64,000 bases of DNA, taken from contig JBEKMT010000001.1 in NCBI GenBank assembly GCA_050008355.1, positions 72 to 64,071 on the forward strand, written 5' to 3'. This DNA is from Verrucomicrobiota bacterium. GTDB lineage: Bacteria > Verrucomicrobiota > Verrucomicrobiia > Limisphaerales > UBA11358. A program made the translations under genes and the position numbers. Under the pieces are notes generated by a model that was not told the origin of the DNA, searched no databases, and was given only the letters and a program-made list of their open reading frames with translations. Below, in pieces: positions 15,988 through 27,117 of this stretch. Position 1 is the stretch's first letter. The number at the start of each line of letters is the position of its first letter.

Positions 15988-17097
15988 TTATTGTGGATAT
16001 TCATGCTTAATCCGGCGCGAATGTTCCGCAATTGGAACTCCGGCGAAGGGTTCGGTCAATTTCGAATAGTTCAGGATACCCTTCACAATCGCCGCCGCCA
16101 TCTCCTGGCGATATGAGGAGTCAAAAATTTTGCGGCCTTCGGCAGGGTTGGTCATATAACCGCCCTCGATCAAAATTGCCGGCATGGTGGCGTCGCGCAG
16201 GACGGCGAACCTCGCCCGACGCACACTGCGGTCCTCCGCATGGAGTTTCTGGACGAGCGATTTCTCCATTTCATAGGCGAGGAGCAAGCTCTTTTGCTCG
16301 TTGCGATTAGCCAGCGTGGAGCCGGTATCGGCGATGCCGCCGAATTCACTGCTTTCGCCGTGATCGTTTGAAGACTTCGCGCCGGCGGGAGTAATGCAAT
16401 AGGTTTCCGGTCCGGCCACATCAGCCTTGTCGACCTGCGATGCGTTGAAATGCAGACTGACAAACAAATCTGCACTGCGGGCATTCGCCAGCGCGGGACG
16501 CGCGGGCAATGGAACAAAAACATCCCTGTTGCGGGTGAGGATGACATTGAAGCCCAGCCTTTCCAGTTGCCGCCGCAACTCCTGCGCCAGATCGAGGGTG
16601 TAGGTTTTTTCACTATGCGCCAGATAGCCGAAGCCAACGCGGTTGCCGGAATCCTTTCCACCGTGGCCGGGGTCAAGGCAGATGGTCATGATTTTTTTAA
16701 ACGAAGGCTTCTGCGGATAGATCAGGGGACGCAGCGCGGTGCGAACATCCAGTTCGGAGATAAAAGGCAGGTCTTTCTGACTGGCCACCGGAAACGAAAG
16801 CCGCACGTTCACACCGTTGATCTCCGCCTCCGCCGAGTCCACGTGAAAAACCAGGCGCGAATTTTCCAGACGCGCATCTTCGCCGGTCAAAACGATTTCC
16901 CGGCCGTGATCGCTGGCAGACCCCTCAAAGCCATTGGCACGCGCCCAGGCTGCGAGCGGAATATAAGTCTGGCCGTTGATGAAAGCGAGCTCCGAGCAGG
17001 ACGCGACACAGACACCGCCAAACAGGATCAAGCAAGCAACCAAAATCCGGAATGGACAGCCATGGGCATTTATTTTCGAGCACATCATTAATTGCAA
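15988..17097 (-). CDS. N-acetylmuramoyl-L-alanine amidase (Amidase_3, AmiC-like)
   Basis: It contains ICLDPGHGGKDSGN ... DLFVSLHFNAS ... PAILIEGGYMTNPAEG, preceded by an N-terminal signal/AMIN-like region. Confidence 0.85.
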   Translation of the reverse strand: MQLMMCSKINAHGCPFRILVACLILFGGVCVASCSELAFINGQTYIPLAAWARANGFEGSASDHGREIVLTGEDARLENSRLVFHVDSAEAEINGVNVRLSFPVASQKDLPFISELDVRTALRPLIYPQKPSFKKIMTICLDPGHGGKDSGNRVGFGYLAHSEKTYTLDLAQELRRQLERLGFNVILTRNRDVFVPLPARPALANARSADLFVSLHFNASQVDKADVAGPETYCITPAGAKSSNDHGESSEFGGIADTGSTLANRNEQKSLLLAYEMEKSLVQKLHAEDRSVRRARFAVLRDATMPAILIEGGYMTNPAEGRKIFDSSYRQEMAAAIVKGILNYSKLTEPFAGVPIAEHSRRIKHEYPQ

Positions 17098-17233
17098 ATC
17101 GTTTGCAATGTATCATGCGAATGGATGGCGGCAAGTTTTATCCGGCGAGCGGGGTTGCCACAAACAAACATTCCATTTCGGCGCAAGTTGCCCGCGTCAT
17201 CTCATTAATTCAAGGGAAATGGCGCGGCGAAAT

Positions 17234-18148
17234 TCACTCCTTTCCGGGCAAGGTCGTGAGGACTACTCCCGCGAGAATGACGGCTGCCGCCCAGATGGTT
17301 TGCCGGCCCAGCGGCTCATCCAACAGGAGCCGCCCGAGCAAGACGGCGATCACCGGGTTCACATAAGCATAAGTCGATACCCGTGCCGGCGTGGTAACTT
17401 TGAGCAGCCAGACATATGCGCTGAACCCGATCCAGGAACCAAACACCACCAGATATAACAGAGACCACCATGAATGTGGCGAAGCCCGGGCGAAATGAAA
17501 ATGCATCGGTTCGCCGCGGAAGAGCGAGAGCATCAGCAACGCCACGCCGCCGCAAAGCATCTGCAACGCTGCGTTCATCCACGGTGATTCCGGTTTTTCA
17601 TGGTAGCGCGACCACAAAGAGCCCGCCGCCCAGGATAACCCGGCCACCACCAGTGCCACCACTCCCCATGGATTTTTTGTGACATTCGCTCCGGAAGCAT
17701 CGTGACCAGTGACCAATAAAGCCACGCCTGCAAAACCCACCAGAATGCCAGCCCAGGTATAGGCCGCCGGGCTTTTGCCTCCCGGACGAAGCCAGTCCAG
17801 CAGGACAAACCACACTGGCGTCAATGCCACCAGGAGTGCCGCCAAACTGGATGAAACAGTTTGCTCCGCCCAGACAACCAGCCCGTTGCCGCCGAGCAAC
17901 ATCAGCACGCCTGCAATGGCACTGTTGCGCCATTGATTTTTCGAGGGCAGAGACACGCCTCGCAGGCGCATCCAGGCGAACAAGAGTGCTCCGGCAAATA
18001 AAAATCTCGTGGCCGCCAGCAGAAATGGCGGCAGCGTTTCAACCGCCACGCGAATGGCCAGGTAGGTTGACCCCCAAACAACATACACCATCGCGAACGC
18101 TACAATGATCCAGGTTCGCCGGGGAGCGATTTGCGAGGATGTGTTCAT
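17234..18148 (-). CDS. EamA/DMT-superfamily transporter
   Basis: It has about 10 TM segments forming two EamA-like halves. I chose the ATG at 18148; the track start at 18181 is GTG. Confidence 0.8.
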   Translation of the reverse strand: MNTSSQIAPRRTWIIVAFAMVYVVWGSTYLAIRVAVETLPPFLLAATRFLFAGALLFAWMRLRGVSLPSKNQWRNSAIAGVLMLLGGNGLVVWAEQTVSSSLAALLVALTPVWFVLLDWLRPGGKSPAAYTWAGILVGFAGVALLVTGHDASGANVTKNPWGVVALVVAGLSWAAGSLWSRYHEKPESPWMNAALQMLCGGVALLMLSLFRGEPMHFHFARASPHSWWSLLYLVVFGSWIGFSAYVWLLKVTTPARVSTYAYVNPVIAVLLGRLLLDEPLGRQTIWAAAVILAGVVLTTLPGKE

Positions 18149-18185
18149 TAATAAGTTTGTGTTTTTTAGGGGCCCTGGCACCGCG

Positions 18186-18224
18186 GCGAAAAAATAAAAA
18201 CCCGCCGGGGTTTCCAGCGGGTTT
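18186..18224 (-). terminator. putative rho-independent terminator downstream of 18442..19074
   Basis: On the minus strand the sequence reads aaacccgc-tggaaaccccg-gcgggttt followed by ttatttttt: an 8-bp perfect stem and an 11-nt loop (18198-18224) plus a T-tract (18186-18197). Confidence 0.45.
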
Positions 18225-18441
18225 CAGAAAAAAAAGCAATCAAATCGTTCGAAAATCCCGCCGGCACAGCGTGAAAAGCCAGGCAACGCTTTTCAGTGCG
18301 CTCATGGCGAACAGCGGCAGGATGGGTTTTTCGAACATCGGGATGAATGCTGCGGAAATCACATCAAGCGGTCAATAAATTTGATGTCTGCCTTCATCAG
18401 AAAACTGCGATAGAACAGCCAAGAAAAGCCTCCCGAGAAAT

Positions 18442-19074
18442 TCAAGGCCGGGTGACGGTCTGATTGGTGGTTTCCAGCCGGGCCTTGATATCAGCCAGTT
18501 CACCCTGGATTTGAACGAGGTCATCGGCCATTTGTTTACGGCGGGCAATTTCATCGTCGTCGGGCGTCGACGCCAATTTGATTTGTTTCAGCAAGGATTC
18601 ACTCAGATCGGCGTTTTGCTGCCGGGTTTCCGAGATGATACTGTCCTGGATGGCCTTCTGCTGGTCAGACATGGCGTCCTCGATTTGGGCGGTGCAAAGA
18701 TACATTGTGCCGATTTGATTGGTATGGAAACTGTACGCTAGGGAGTTCTGCGTTTGGCGCTCGGTACCGGCCAATTGGAGTTGCGTCTCGATTTGTTTGC
18801 CGATCGTCAACAGCAGAAACAGCGTATTGGTATGGAAGAAAAGTGCGTCGTCCCGGTTTCGCTCAAAATAGGAGCTGTTCACTTTGTTTAACTCAGGCGC
18901 GAGCGAGTTTAATTCAGCTTGAAGCACATCCATTTGCTTCGCCTGGGCTTTCTCAAGTTGATTAATTCTCTGCGACAAAGCATCAATCTTTTGGCTGTTT
19001 ATCCTGGCTTGTTTATTGCAGCCGCAAAGGAGGACAACGCCGACCAAAGAGCATAAAAGATATATTTTTTGCAT
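18442..19074 (-). CDS. hypothetical coiled-coil lipoprotein
   Basis: It has the lipobox MQKIYLLCSLVGVVLLCG|C followed by heptad-like Q/E/L-rich sequence. Confidence 0.6.
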   Translation of the reverse strand: MQKIYLLCSLVGVVLLCGCNKQARINSQKIDALSQRINQLEKAQAKQMDVLQAELNSLAPELNKVNSSYFERNRDDALFFHTNTLFLLLTIGKQIETQLQLAGTERQTQNSLAYSFHTNQIGTMYLCTAQIEDAMSDQQKAIQDSIISETRQQNADLSESLLKQIKLASTPDDDEIARRKQMADDLVQIQGELADIKARLETTNQTVTRP

Positions 19075-19345
19075 ATTAAATCACGATCCGATTCCGCCGG
19101 ACATTCCCGATGATAGAACACCGTGCCGCGCGATTCGTCAACGCGATTCAAAGTTTTTCATCATCCGTTCGAAGGGCGGTCACAACCGCAACGAAGCGGG
19201 ACCAGAGTCGAACTCGGACGGTCGCTGATACCCGCGCCACCGGGCAAACCCATTCCACCATGCGAAACGTAAACCAGGGCCCCCGTAAATTCTTAAAAGT
19301 TGATTTCCGGCGGCAATGGTCTTTAATTCGTATTTCAATTTTGAA

Positions 19346-20551
19346 ATGAACATTCACGAATACCAGGCCAAGCAGTTGCTTGCCAAATACGGCGTCGCCG
19401 TGCCGCTTGAGATCCCTGCCAGGTCACTCGCCGAAGTACGGCCGGCCGCCGACCAGATCGCCGCCGCCGGCAGCACGAAGATTGTGGTCAAATCACAGAT
19501 CCATGCAGGCGGCCGGGGCAAAGGAACATTCAAGACCGGTTTCCAGGGCGGGGTGAAAGTTGCATCGTCGGTGGACGAAGCCGTTTCAGTTGCCGAAAAG
19601 ATGCTTGGCAATGTGCTCGTCACCAAGCAAACGGGCGCGGAAGGCCGGAAAGTGCAGACGCTCCTGATCTCCGAAGGCGCGAAGATCAAGAAGGAATTTT
19701 ATCTTGCGGTTCTACTCGACCGCGCCGATTCGCGGCCGCTCATCATGGCCAGCACCGAGGGCGGCATGGATATTGAGGAAGTGGCCGCGCATCACCCCGA
19801 CAAGATTTTCCGGGAACACATTGACCCCGCCACCGGCATCATGCCGTTCCAGGCGCGCAAGATTTCCACCGCGCTCGGCCTGAAGGGCGATTTGTTCAAT
19901 CTGGCGGTAAAATTGATCACGGGCGTTTACAACACCTGGTGGGAATGTGACGCGGCGATGGTGGAGTTGAACCCGCTGGCGGTCGTCGAACTGCGTGATG
20001 GGAAAGAAATTGTCGTTGCGCTGGACGCCAAAATTTCCTTGGACGACAATGCGCTCTACCGCCACAAAGATATTCAAGAGATGCGCGACTTGAACGAGGA
20101 GGCACCGCTGGAAATCGAGGCCTCGAAATTTTCGCTCAATTACATCAAGCTCGACGGCAGCATCGCTTGTCTGGTGAACGGCGCCGGCCTGGCGATGGCA
20201 ACGATGGACATTATCCAGCATTTCGGCGGTAGCCCGGCCAACTTCCTTGACGTGGGCGGCGGCGCGAGCAAGGAGCAAGTCACGGCGGCCTTCAAGATCA
20301 TTTTGAGCGACCCGAACGTGAAGGGCATCCTGGTGAACATTTTTGGCGGGATCATGGATTGCAACGTGATCGCCACCGGCATCATCGCGGCGGTTAAGGA
20401 GACGGGATTGAAACTGCCGCTGGTGGTCCGGCTGGAAGGCAACAACGTCGCTGCCGGCAAAAAGACCCTGGCGGAGTCCGGAGTCGCCATCATTACCGGC
20501 GACTCCATGGCCGATGCAGCCCAGAGGGTGGTCAAAGCGGTCAGCCAATGA
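19346..20551 (+). CDS. sucC: succinate--CoA ligase (ADP-forming) beta subunit
   Basis: It has the canonical SucC N-terminus [17 protein letters not shown] and an ATP-grasp region. I chose the ATG at 19346 within track ORF 19316..20551. Confidence 0.92.
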   Translation: MNIHEYQAKQLLAKYGVAVPLEIPARSLAEVRPAADQIAAAGSTKIVVKSQIHAGGRGKGTFKTGFQGGVKVASSVDEAVSVAEKMLGNVLVTKQTGAEGRKVQTLLISEGAKIKKEFYLAVLLDRADSRPLIMASTEGGMDIEEVAAHHPDKIFREHIDPATGIMPFQARKISTALGLKGDLFNLAVKLITGVYNTWWECDAAMVELNPLAVVELRDGKEIVVALDAKISLDDNALYRHKDIQEMRDLNEEAPLEIEASKFSLNYIKLDGSIACLVNGAGLAMATMDIIQHFGGSPANFLDVGGGASKEQVTAAFKIILSDPNVKGILVNIFGGIMDCNVIATGIIAAVKETGLKLPLVVRLEGNNVAAGKKTLAESGVAIITGDSMADAAQRVVKAVSQ

Positions 20552-20572
20552 ATTGAATCAGAAAGGTCGAAT

Positions 20573-20932
20573 ATGATTACCGAAATAGCGTTCACTGGCG
20601 TGCCGGTCACCGACATAAAGCGTGCCCGCACATTTTATGAAGGCACGCTCGGTTTCAAGCCGGCCATGGAATCCGCCGGCGGCATGTGGGTCGAATACGA
20701 AATCGGCAACGGAACGTTCGCCATCGGCTGTTTCGGCGATGTCTGGAAGCCGTCGGCTGGCGGCACCTGCATCGCCTTTGAAGCCGACGATTTCGACGCG
20801 GAAGTGGCGCGGTTGAAATCGCAGGGCGTCACATTCGCCATGGAGCCGACGCCCACACCCCTGTGCCATCTTGCGTTCATCAACGACCCTGTCGGCAATA
20901 GAATCATGATCCATAAACGCAAAGCGAATTAA
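20573..20932 (+). CDS. VOC (glyoxalase/bleomycin-resistance/dioxygenase) family protein
   Basis: The 119-aa protein has a VOC-like N-terminus, [22 protein letters not shown], and a beta-alpha-beta-beta-beta style repeat. Confidence 0.7.
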   Translation: MITEIAFTGVPVTDIKRARTFYEGTLGFKPAMESAGGMWVEYEIGNGTFAIGCFGDVWKPSAGGTCIAFEADDFDAEVARLKSQGVTFAMEPTPTPLCHLAFINDPVGNRIMIHKRKAN

Positions 20933-20940
20933 TTTTTCCC

Positions 20941-21843
20941 ATGTCTATCCTTGTCAAACCGCATACCAAAGTTCTTATCCAGGGCATCACCGGCAGTTTC
21001 GGCGCAAGACACGCCCAGCTTTCCATTGATTACGGGACGGCTGTGGTCGCCGGCGTCACGCCCGGCAAAGGCGGCCAATGTTTCGAGCATGGGGGCAAAA
21101 AAATTCCGATCTTCGATATTGTGGCCGATGCCGTACAGCAAACCGGCGCGACGGCCAGCGCAGTTTTTGTTCCCCCGCCCTTTGCCGCAGACGCCATCCT
21201 TGAAGGCGCGGACGCCGGGCTCGAATTGGTCGTGGCCATTACGGAAGGTATTCCGGTGCGAGATATGATCCGGGTCAAGCGCGCGATGCAAGGCAACACC
21301 CGGACACGGCTGATCGGGCCGAATTGTCCCGGCCTGGTAACTCCCGGTGAAGGCAAGGATTCCCGGGGCGGTTGCCGCATCGGCATCGCACCCGGTTACA
21401 TCCACAAGAAAGGTAACATCGGGGTGGTGTCGCGCAGTGGCACGTTGACGTATGAAGCGGTGTGGCAATTGACGTCGCGCGGGGTTGGCCAGTCCACTTG
21501 TGTGGGCATTGGCGGTGACCCGGTGAACGGCACTTCGCATCTGGACGTGATCAAACTGTTCAGCGACGACCCCGAAACGACCGGCATCATCATGATTGGC
21601 GAAATCGGCGGGAGCGCGGAAGAAGAAGCCGCTGAGTGGATCAAGAAGAACTGCAAAAAGCCGGTGGCTGGATTTATTGCCGGCGCCACGGCGCCGCCCG
21701 GACGCCGGATGGGTCACGCCGGCGCGATTGTCAGTGGTGGCAAAGGCACGGCTGAGGCCAAAATCGCCGCGTTCAAGGCCGCCGGCATCGGCATTGCCGT
21801 GACACCGAGCGAAATGGCCGACACACTTTTGAAAATGATGTGA
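20941..21843 (+). CDS. sucD: succinate--CoA ligase alpha subunit
   Basis: It contains [20 protein letters not shown] and the catalytic His region [14 protein letters not shown]. Confidence 0.92.
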   Translation: MSILVKPHTKVLIQGITGSFGARHAQLSIDYGTAVVAGVTPGKGGQCFEHGGKKIPIFDIVADAVQQTGATASAVFVPPPFAADAILEGADAGLELVVAITEGIPVRDMIRVKRAMQGNTRTRLIGPNCPGLVTPGEGKDSRGGCRIGIAPGYIHKKGNIGVVSRSGTLTYEAVWQLTSRGVGQSTCVGIGGDPVNGTSHLDVIKLFSDDPETTGIIMIGEIGGSAEEEAAEWIKKNCKKPVAGFIAGATAPPGRRMGHAGAIVSGGKGTAEAKIAAFKAAGIGIAVTPSEMADTLLKMM

Positions 21844-21922
21844 TGCGGGTCGCATGGTGAATCGTTTCATCGTCAAAACCGGCCGGTGATTCACGGTGCA
21901 GCGATTCCACGGTGTAAACGCA

Positions 21923-22753
21923 ATGGGCATTGTTGATCTCATACTGAACGTAGCCGGATTGCTGTTATGGTTGAACTGGCGTTCGATTCGATTTGACCCG
22001 CTGACCCGGCGACGGCCGGCGACATTGATGGGGACCCTGCGTCCGGCCTCGCCACAAAAACTCCACCGCTGGCACTTCCTTTTTCTTATTGCCGGACTGT
22101 TGCTGCTGCGGGCATTAATCTACCGCTGGATTGGCTCGGCGACTGGCAGTACGACATCCTATCTGGATTTCGGCGCCACCTCGCAAGGTTTCCGCCACGA
22201 CATTTTTCGGCAGGCGCTCGCCTTTTCATTTTTCAGCTTTGCCCGCGCATTGGCAATTTTATATATCTGGCTATTATTTTTTTCCATGTTGTCCGGCCCG
22301 GAGCCGATCCGTAGCCTGGTGAAAATTCCGCTGGGCCGCGTGGATGGCTGGCCGCGCTGGGTGAAGGTCATCCTCCCCTTCCTGGTTATCGCCGTGTCGT
22401 GGTGGCTGGCCAGCTGGATCTTCGCGAGATTGCCACCGCAGATGGCCACCACGCCTGCCCAAAAATTTCAGGGATCGGTGGTCATCGGGTTGAGCAGTTA
22501 CCTGGTGTGGAGATTTCCCGCCTGCGCCATTTTGTTGCTGCATTTGTTGAGCAGCTACATCTATTTCGGCAAACATCCCCTTTGGAATTATGTCAACCAA
22601 ACCGCGCAAACAATGCTCCAGCCATTGAAGCCCATCCCCTTGCGGGTGGCGCGGGTGGATTTTGCGCCGGTGCTGGCAATTGCGATGGTATTCCTGGCGA
22701 GTGAATTGGCAGAACGCGGGCTGGTGTGGCTTTACGCGCACCGGATTTTTTGA
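21923..22753 (+). CDS. hypothetical polytopic membrane protein
   Basis: I chose the ATG at 21923 (MGIVDLILNVAGLLLWLNW). It has multiple hydrophobic segments. I recognise no confident family, though it may be YggT-like. Confidence 0.55.
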   Translation: MGIVDLILNVAGLLLWLNWRSIRFDPLTRRRPATLMGTLRPASPQKLHRWHFLFLIAGLLLLRALIYRWIGSATGSTTSYLDFGATSQGFRHDIFRQALAFSFFSFARALAILYIWLLFFSMLSGPEPIRSLVKIPLGRVDGWPRWVKVILPFLVIAVSWWLASWIFARLPPQMATTPAQKFQGSVVIGLSSYLVWRFPACAILLLHLLSSYIYFGKHPLWNYVNQTAQTMLQPLKPIPLRVARVDFAPVLAIAMVFLASELAERGLVWLYAHRIF

Positions 22754-22759
22754 AACCAG

Positions 22760-23869
22760 TCAGTTGGTCGCTGCCAATGGCAGCCTGACCGTGATCGTTG
22801 AGCCGGTGCCCTTTTTGCCCTCGATGACGAGCGTACCGCCGTGAAGTTCGACGAGTTTCTTGGCAATGGTCAGCCCCAACCCCAATCCTTCCTGATCCTG
22901 CATTTTGCGCTCGAATTGCACATAGGCATCGATGCGGCGGATGTGTTCGGTGGAAAAACCACGTCCCTGGTCGCGGACGGAAAACTCGAGTTTATCACCA
23001 GTCGAAGTCAGCCGCACGCGCACGGGCGAGCCGCTTTCGGAAAATTTGAAAGCGTTCTGCACGAGTTCCGTAACGATCTTCTTGAAGTAATCCTCGGCAA
23101 TCGCCGCGGGGAAGTCCGCGGCTTCAACCACGAGATCAGGCAGCCGGCCGCTGTGGTCGGCATCATTGATGGCGGTAGAGCGGGCGATTTCCGCCGGCTT
23201 GAAAGTCGTGGCCGCCCGGAGAGCCGCGATGCTTTCGGGATCGTTGGCCACGATTTCCAGTTGGGCATAAATGAGAAAATTCTCGATCAGGCGTTCGAGG
23301 CGCTGCCCGGACTGGGAGATCTCGCGGCCCATCTCCGCAATTTCCGCAGGCCTGAGCGCGCTGGCGGATACCGACAGCAACTCGGCATTCGAAATGATGC
23401 CGTTCAACGGGGTGCGCATCTCGTGCGGCAGCATCAACGTAATCTGGCTGCGAAGGTGAGAGAGCTTGCGTTCTGCCTCCTCACGGACGGTCTGCACCTT
23501 ACGAAGACGCGCGTCCACTGCGGCGTAAAGCTCCTCGATCTTGAACGGTTTGGGCAGGTAATCATCAGCCCCCAACTCCATGCCGTGGCGCATGCCTTTG
23601 GCGTCGGCGAGCCCGGTCATCAGGATAAATGGAATCGCTGCGGTGGCATTGTCTTCACGCAATTTTTCCAGCGTCACATAACCAGCGCCCGCCTTGTCCA
23701 TGTTGACATCGCAGATAATGAGATCCGGCAATTCGTTGTGAGCCATGGCCAAGCCCTCCTCGCTGTTGGCAGCTTCAATGACATCAAAGCCATGTTGCCC
23801 TAGTGCCAGGCGAATCATTTCCCGGAGCCAGGCCTCATCATCTATGACCAAAATTTTCCTCATTAACAA
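22760..23869 (-). CDS. response-regulator receiver fused to histidine kinase (REC-HisKA-HATPase_c)
   Basis: The REC domain shows ILVIDDE...DLIICDVNM...PFILMTG. The H-box is HEMRTPLNGI. The G-boxes are DQGRGF and GLGLTIAKKLVELHGG. Confidence 0.85.
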   Translation of the reverse strand: MLMRKILVIDDEAWLREMIRLALGQHGFDVIEAANSEEGLAMAHNELPDLIICDVNMDKAGAGYVTLEKLREDNATAAIPFILMTGLADAKGMRHGMELGADDYLPKPFKIEELYAAVDARLRKVQTVREEAERKLSHLRSQITLMLPHEMRTPLNGIISNAELLSVSASALRPAEIAEMGREISQSGQRLERLIENFLIYAQLEIVANDPESIAALRAATTFKPAEIARSTAINDADHSGRLPDLVVEAADFPAAIAEDYFKKIVTELVQNAFKFSESGSPVRVRLTSTGDKLEFSVRDQGRGFSTEHIRRIDAYVQFERKMQDQEGLGLGLTIAKKLVELHGGTLVIEGKKGTGSTITVRLPLAATN

Positions 23870-23975
23870 CCCGTCGCAAAAAAAGCATTTATTGTTCCTT
23901 CCTACGCCGGAGTGACAGATTTATATTCCCACCGGTTACAAATAGGGTTACAAAAGAACCTGTCAAAAAGGCACT

Positions 23976-25271
23976 TCAGGTCCGTTCATCCACCGGAATA
24001 TAATGATTCAGGGTACGGCCGGTATAGATCTGCCGCGGGCGGTAAATGCGGCTCTTCGGTTCTTCCATGATTTCCTTGTAATTGGCAATCCATCCCGGCA
24101 TCCGGCCAATCGCAAAAATAACGGTGAACATCTCCATGGGAATCCCAATGGCCCGCATGATAATGCCGCTATAAAAATCCACATTGGGATATAATTTTCG
24201 TTCGACGAAGTAGGAATCCTTCAGAGCCGCTTCTTCCAATTTCTTCGCGATGTCCAATAATGGGTCACTGATATGCAGTTTCGCTAGGACATCGTCACAT
24301 GCTTTCTTGATAATCTTGGCCCGCGGATCATGGTTTTTGTAGACGCGATGGCCGAAGCCCATCAATTTCTTGCCGCTGTTCTTGTCTTTTGCCGAGGCAA
24401 TGAATTTGGAACCATCATCCCCTTCGCGATGGATTTGTTCCAGCATTTCGAGCACAGCCTGGTTAGCCCCGCCGTGCAAAGGCCCCCACAAAGCACAGAC
24501 GCCGGCGGCGCAACTGGCGAACAGGTTCGCCTGGCTGGAGGCGACCATGCGCACGGTCGAGGTGGAACAATTCTGTTCGTGATCCGCGTGCAACAGGAAG
24601 ATCATGTCGAGGGCCTTCACCACTTCCGGTTTCAACTCGAAATCTTCGTACGGCATCGAAAACAGCATGTGCAGGAAGTTCGCCGTGTATTTGTATGTTT
24701 GCTTCGGATATATCAGCGGCAGCCCGTGGGATTTGCGATAGGAATAGGCCGCGATGGTCCGAACTTGTGAAATCAGCTTCGCCACGTAAACGTCGAATTG
24801 CTTCATCTTGCCCCACTGCCACTTCATCAAATCTTCGTCGAAACAGCTCGCCGCGTTGATCATCGAGGATAGGATCGCCATCGGATGGGCGCCGGTGGGA
24901 AAGCCCTCGAAATGATATTTCATGTCCTCATGCAGGAACTGGTGCTCCGACAGCAAATTGGAAAAGTGTTTCAACTGGCCGCGGTTCGGCAGCGCACCGT
25001 AAATCACCAGAAATGCCGTCTCGATAAAATTAGATTTTTCCGCGAGCTCCTCGATCGGGATTCCGCGATAGCGCAGGATACCCTGGTCGCCATCGATGAA
25101 TGTCACTTTGCTCGAGCAGGAGCCGGTGTTGCCGTAGCCGTCATCCAATGTGATGTAGCCGGTGTTTGTGCGCAATGACGAGACATCCACGGCGCGTTCG
25201 CCTTCGGTGCCGACAACGGTCGGCAATGTGAAAGTTTTCCCCTCGATTTCAAGTTTGGATTCGTTGCTCAT
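23976..25271 (-). CDS. gltA: citrate synthase
   Basis: It contains [21 protein letters not shown] and [15 protein letters not shown] chose the ATG at 25271 (MSNESKLEI). Confidence 0.9.
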   Translation of the reverse strand: MSNESKLEIEGKTFTLPTVVGTEGERAVDVSSLRTNTGYITLDDGYGNTGSCSSKVTFIDGDQGILRYRGIPIEELAEKSNFIETAFLVIYGALPNRGQLKHFSNLLSEHQFLHEDMKYHFEGFPTGAHPMAILSSMINAASCFDEDLMKWQWGKMKQFDVYVAKLISQVRTIAAYSYRKSHGLPLIYPKQTYKYTANFLHMLFSMPYEDFELKPEVVKALDMIFLLHADHEQNCSTSTVRMVASSQANLFASCAAGVCALWGPLHGGANQAVLEMLEQIHREGDDGSKFIASAKDKNSGKKLMGFGHRVYKNHDPRAKIIKKACDDVLAKLHISDPLLDIAKKLEEAALKDSYFVERKLYPNVDFYSGIIMRAIGIPMEMFTVIFAIGRMPGWIANYKEIMEEPKSRIYRPRQIYTGRTLNHYIPVDERT

Positions 25272-25415
25272 ATTCCTCTTGTACGGCGTTGAATTGAAAT
25301 TCCTGCCCAACTTTGCCGGTGAACTGAAAACTTGGCAAGCCGCGAAAGTGGATTTCGGAAGAATTCATGCACCATATTTTGGGGTTCGGTGTTGGAAATG
25401 GGACAGATTGGTATT

Positions 25416-26210
25416 ATGAAACGCTGGGCCATTCTCACGGTGTTCCTGTATGCACTGGCTTTGCTCGTGCTTACTTTGCCTGTCATCCTCATCGGCTTCG
25501 GCAATTGGGGGCTGAAGAATGACAGCGTCGGGATCAAGGACGCACTGGCCATTTACGCGAATTGGGCTTATTGGGTTTGGCTGATTGTACTGCTGGCCGG
25601 GCAATTCCTGCTCTTGTTGGTCCCCATTGACCTCTCTGAACGACGATTGCCCTCCCGTCGAAATCTGAAGGTTCCCGTCATCGTCACCACCTTTTTTCTG
25701 ATGAATCTCTTCCTGGGCGGTTTGCTGTCAATGCTATGCGCCATCTTCAAAGATGATGGTTTCGCGATCTTTGACTTGAGTGGCTTGATCCGGTGGCTGA
25801 TGAACTTGATGAGTCATACCCCGAATGAAGCGGTTCAAAATTCCAACTGGCAATCTGCGCTGGGCTTACTCTTTCCGGTCGTGCTTTTTTGGCTGATCTG
25901 GGGATTCATTTTCCAGCGCGCCACCCGGTCGGACAATCCCGACGCGCTCTTGAAGCGCGCGAAATGCTGGTTGCTGCGCGGCAGCATTCTCGAACTCATC
26001 ATCGCCGTCCCGAGCCATGTCATTGCCCGGCGACGCGATGACTGCTGCGCGCCGTCAGGTACTTTTTGGGGTATTGCCACCGGCATTTCCATAATGCTCC
26101 TGTGCTTCGGACCCGGGGTTTATTTCTTATTTGTTGAGCGGATCGGGAGATTGCAGCCAAAATCAAACAAATCTATCGAGGTCCCCCCTGCAGCGTGGCC
26201 AAAAAAATGA
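25416..26210 (+). CDS. hypothetical membrane protein
   Basis: I chose the ATG at 25416 (MKRWAILTVFLYALALLVL). It has at least 6 hydrophobic segments and no recognised family. Confidence 0.5.
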   Translation: MKRWAILTVFLYALALLVLTLPVILIGFGNWGLKNDSVGIKDALAIYANWAYWVWLIVLLAGQFLLLLVPIDLSERRLPSRRNLKVPVIVTTFFLMNLFLGGLLSMLCAIFKDDGFAIFDLSGLIRWLMNLMSHTPNEAVQNSNWQSALGLLFPVVLFWLIWGFIFQRATRSDNPDALLKRAKCWLLRGSILELIIAVPSHVIARRRDDCCAPSGTFWGIATGISIMLLCFGPGVYFLFVERIGRLQPKSNKSIEVPPAAWPKK

Positions 26211-26224
26211 GTCTGCCGCCGGAC

Positions 26225-26851
26225 TCAGCCCGCAATCCGGTATGCGAAATAACCGCTCACGCCAATGGATATGACGAACATTCCGCCGACTGAGCCAAAC
26301 ATAACAAACAACGTCCCGCAGGTCGCCAGGACGGCAATAGCGGCCGAAATGCCCCCAAGCGTAGAATCCGTCCCCTTGTATAGAATCCGCGCGCCCAGGC
26401 CTGTCAACGCGCCGATGCACGTGCCCATGAGGGGAAACCGGAAGTCGGCCCAAAGAAAAAAAGCGTACATCAATCCAGCGCCAAGGCCCGCTCCCAAAAA
26501 CGCGCCTAAAATACCCAGTCCAATGTTAAACTCACCCGAAGCCTTGGACTTGCCGACGAGTCTGGACGTCGGAAGCAAAGGAGCACCGGGTAATGCTGTT
26601 TGCGGTAACGCCGACACAGGAGCCTCCGTCCGATGAATTCGCAACGCACCGGGGGGAGGCTCGATGGGCGGGGATGCCACGAACGCAGGCGTCGGAGAAG
26701 CAGCAAGGCGTTCAGTGATCATCGAATTGGCCGTTTCCGTTGCGTCCAAGTTGCAGACCGGGCAAGCCACCGTGAAAGGCATCCGCCCGTCGGCCGGTTC
26801 CACGTCGAATTTGAATTTCTGTCCGCAATCGCACAAGACCTTGAGTTCCAT
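26225..26851 (-). CDS. hypothetical protein: N-terminal CxxC...CxxC zinc-ribbon-like motif + C-terminal Gly-zipper TM region
   Basis: The N-terminus is MELKVLCDCGQKFKFDVEPADGRMPFTVACPVCN. A Pro/Ala linker follows, then GLGILGAFLGAGLGAGLMYAF... I chose the ATG at 26851. Confidence 0.5.
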   Translation of the reverse strand: MELKVLCDCGQKFKFDVEPADGRMPFTVACPVCNLDATETANSMITERLAASPTPAFVASPPIEPPPGALRIHRTEAPVSALPQTALPGAPLLPTSRLVGKSKASGEFNIGLGILGAFLGAGLGAGLMYAFFLWADFRFPLMGTCIGALTGLGARILYKGTDSTLGGISAAIAVLATCGTLFVMFGSVGGMFVISIGVSGYFAYRIAG

Positions 26852-27117
26852 GGCTGATTCCTTTCTGATTCTCTCGCGTCGCTGCAAAAGCTGAGTGGGT
26901 TTGAGCAAATTTAATTTTTCCCGTCAAGCGTGTCCATCGATTTCTTGGTGAACTTCATTTTTGCACAATGGACTTTAAGTTGACTCAGGAAGCGATCGGC
27001 AACGGACGGTAGCGAAGCCGGCAAATACTCCAGGGCTCTCTTCGCGTTCTTTACACCATAAGTCACGACAAATTGCTTTTGCTTTCGCGTCGCAAAGTTT
27101 AATTTTCGCATCAGAAA

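Noticed and set aside
19190-19255. A tRNA-like fragment, gggaccagagtcgaactcgg, reminiscent of a T-arm, in the 270-nt gap upstream of sucC.
   Set aside because: I could not fold a 5-bp T-stem with a TTCGAAT-type loop on either strand, and I found no acceptor or anticodon arms. It is probably chance similarity.
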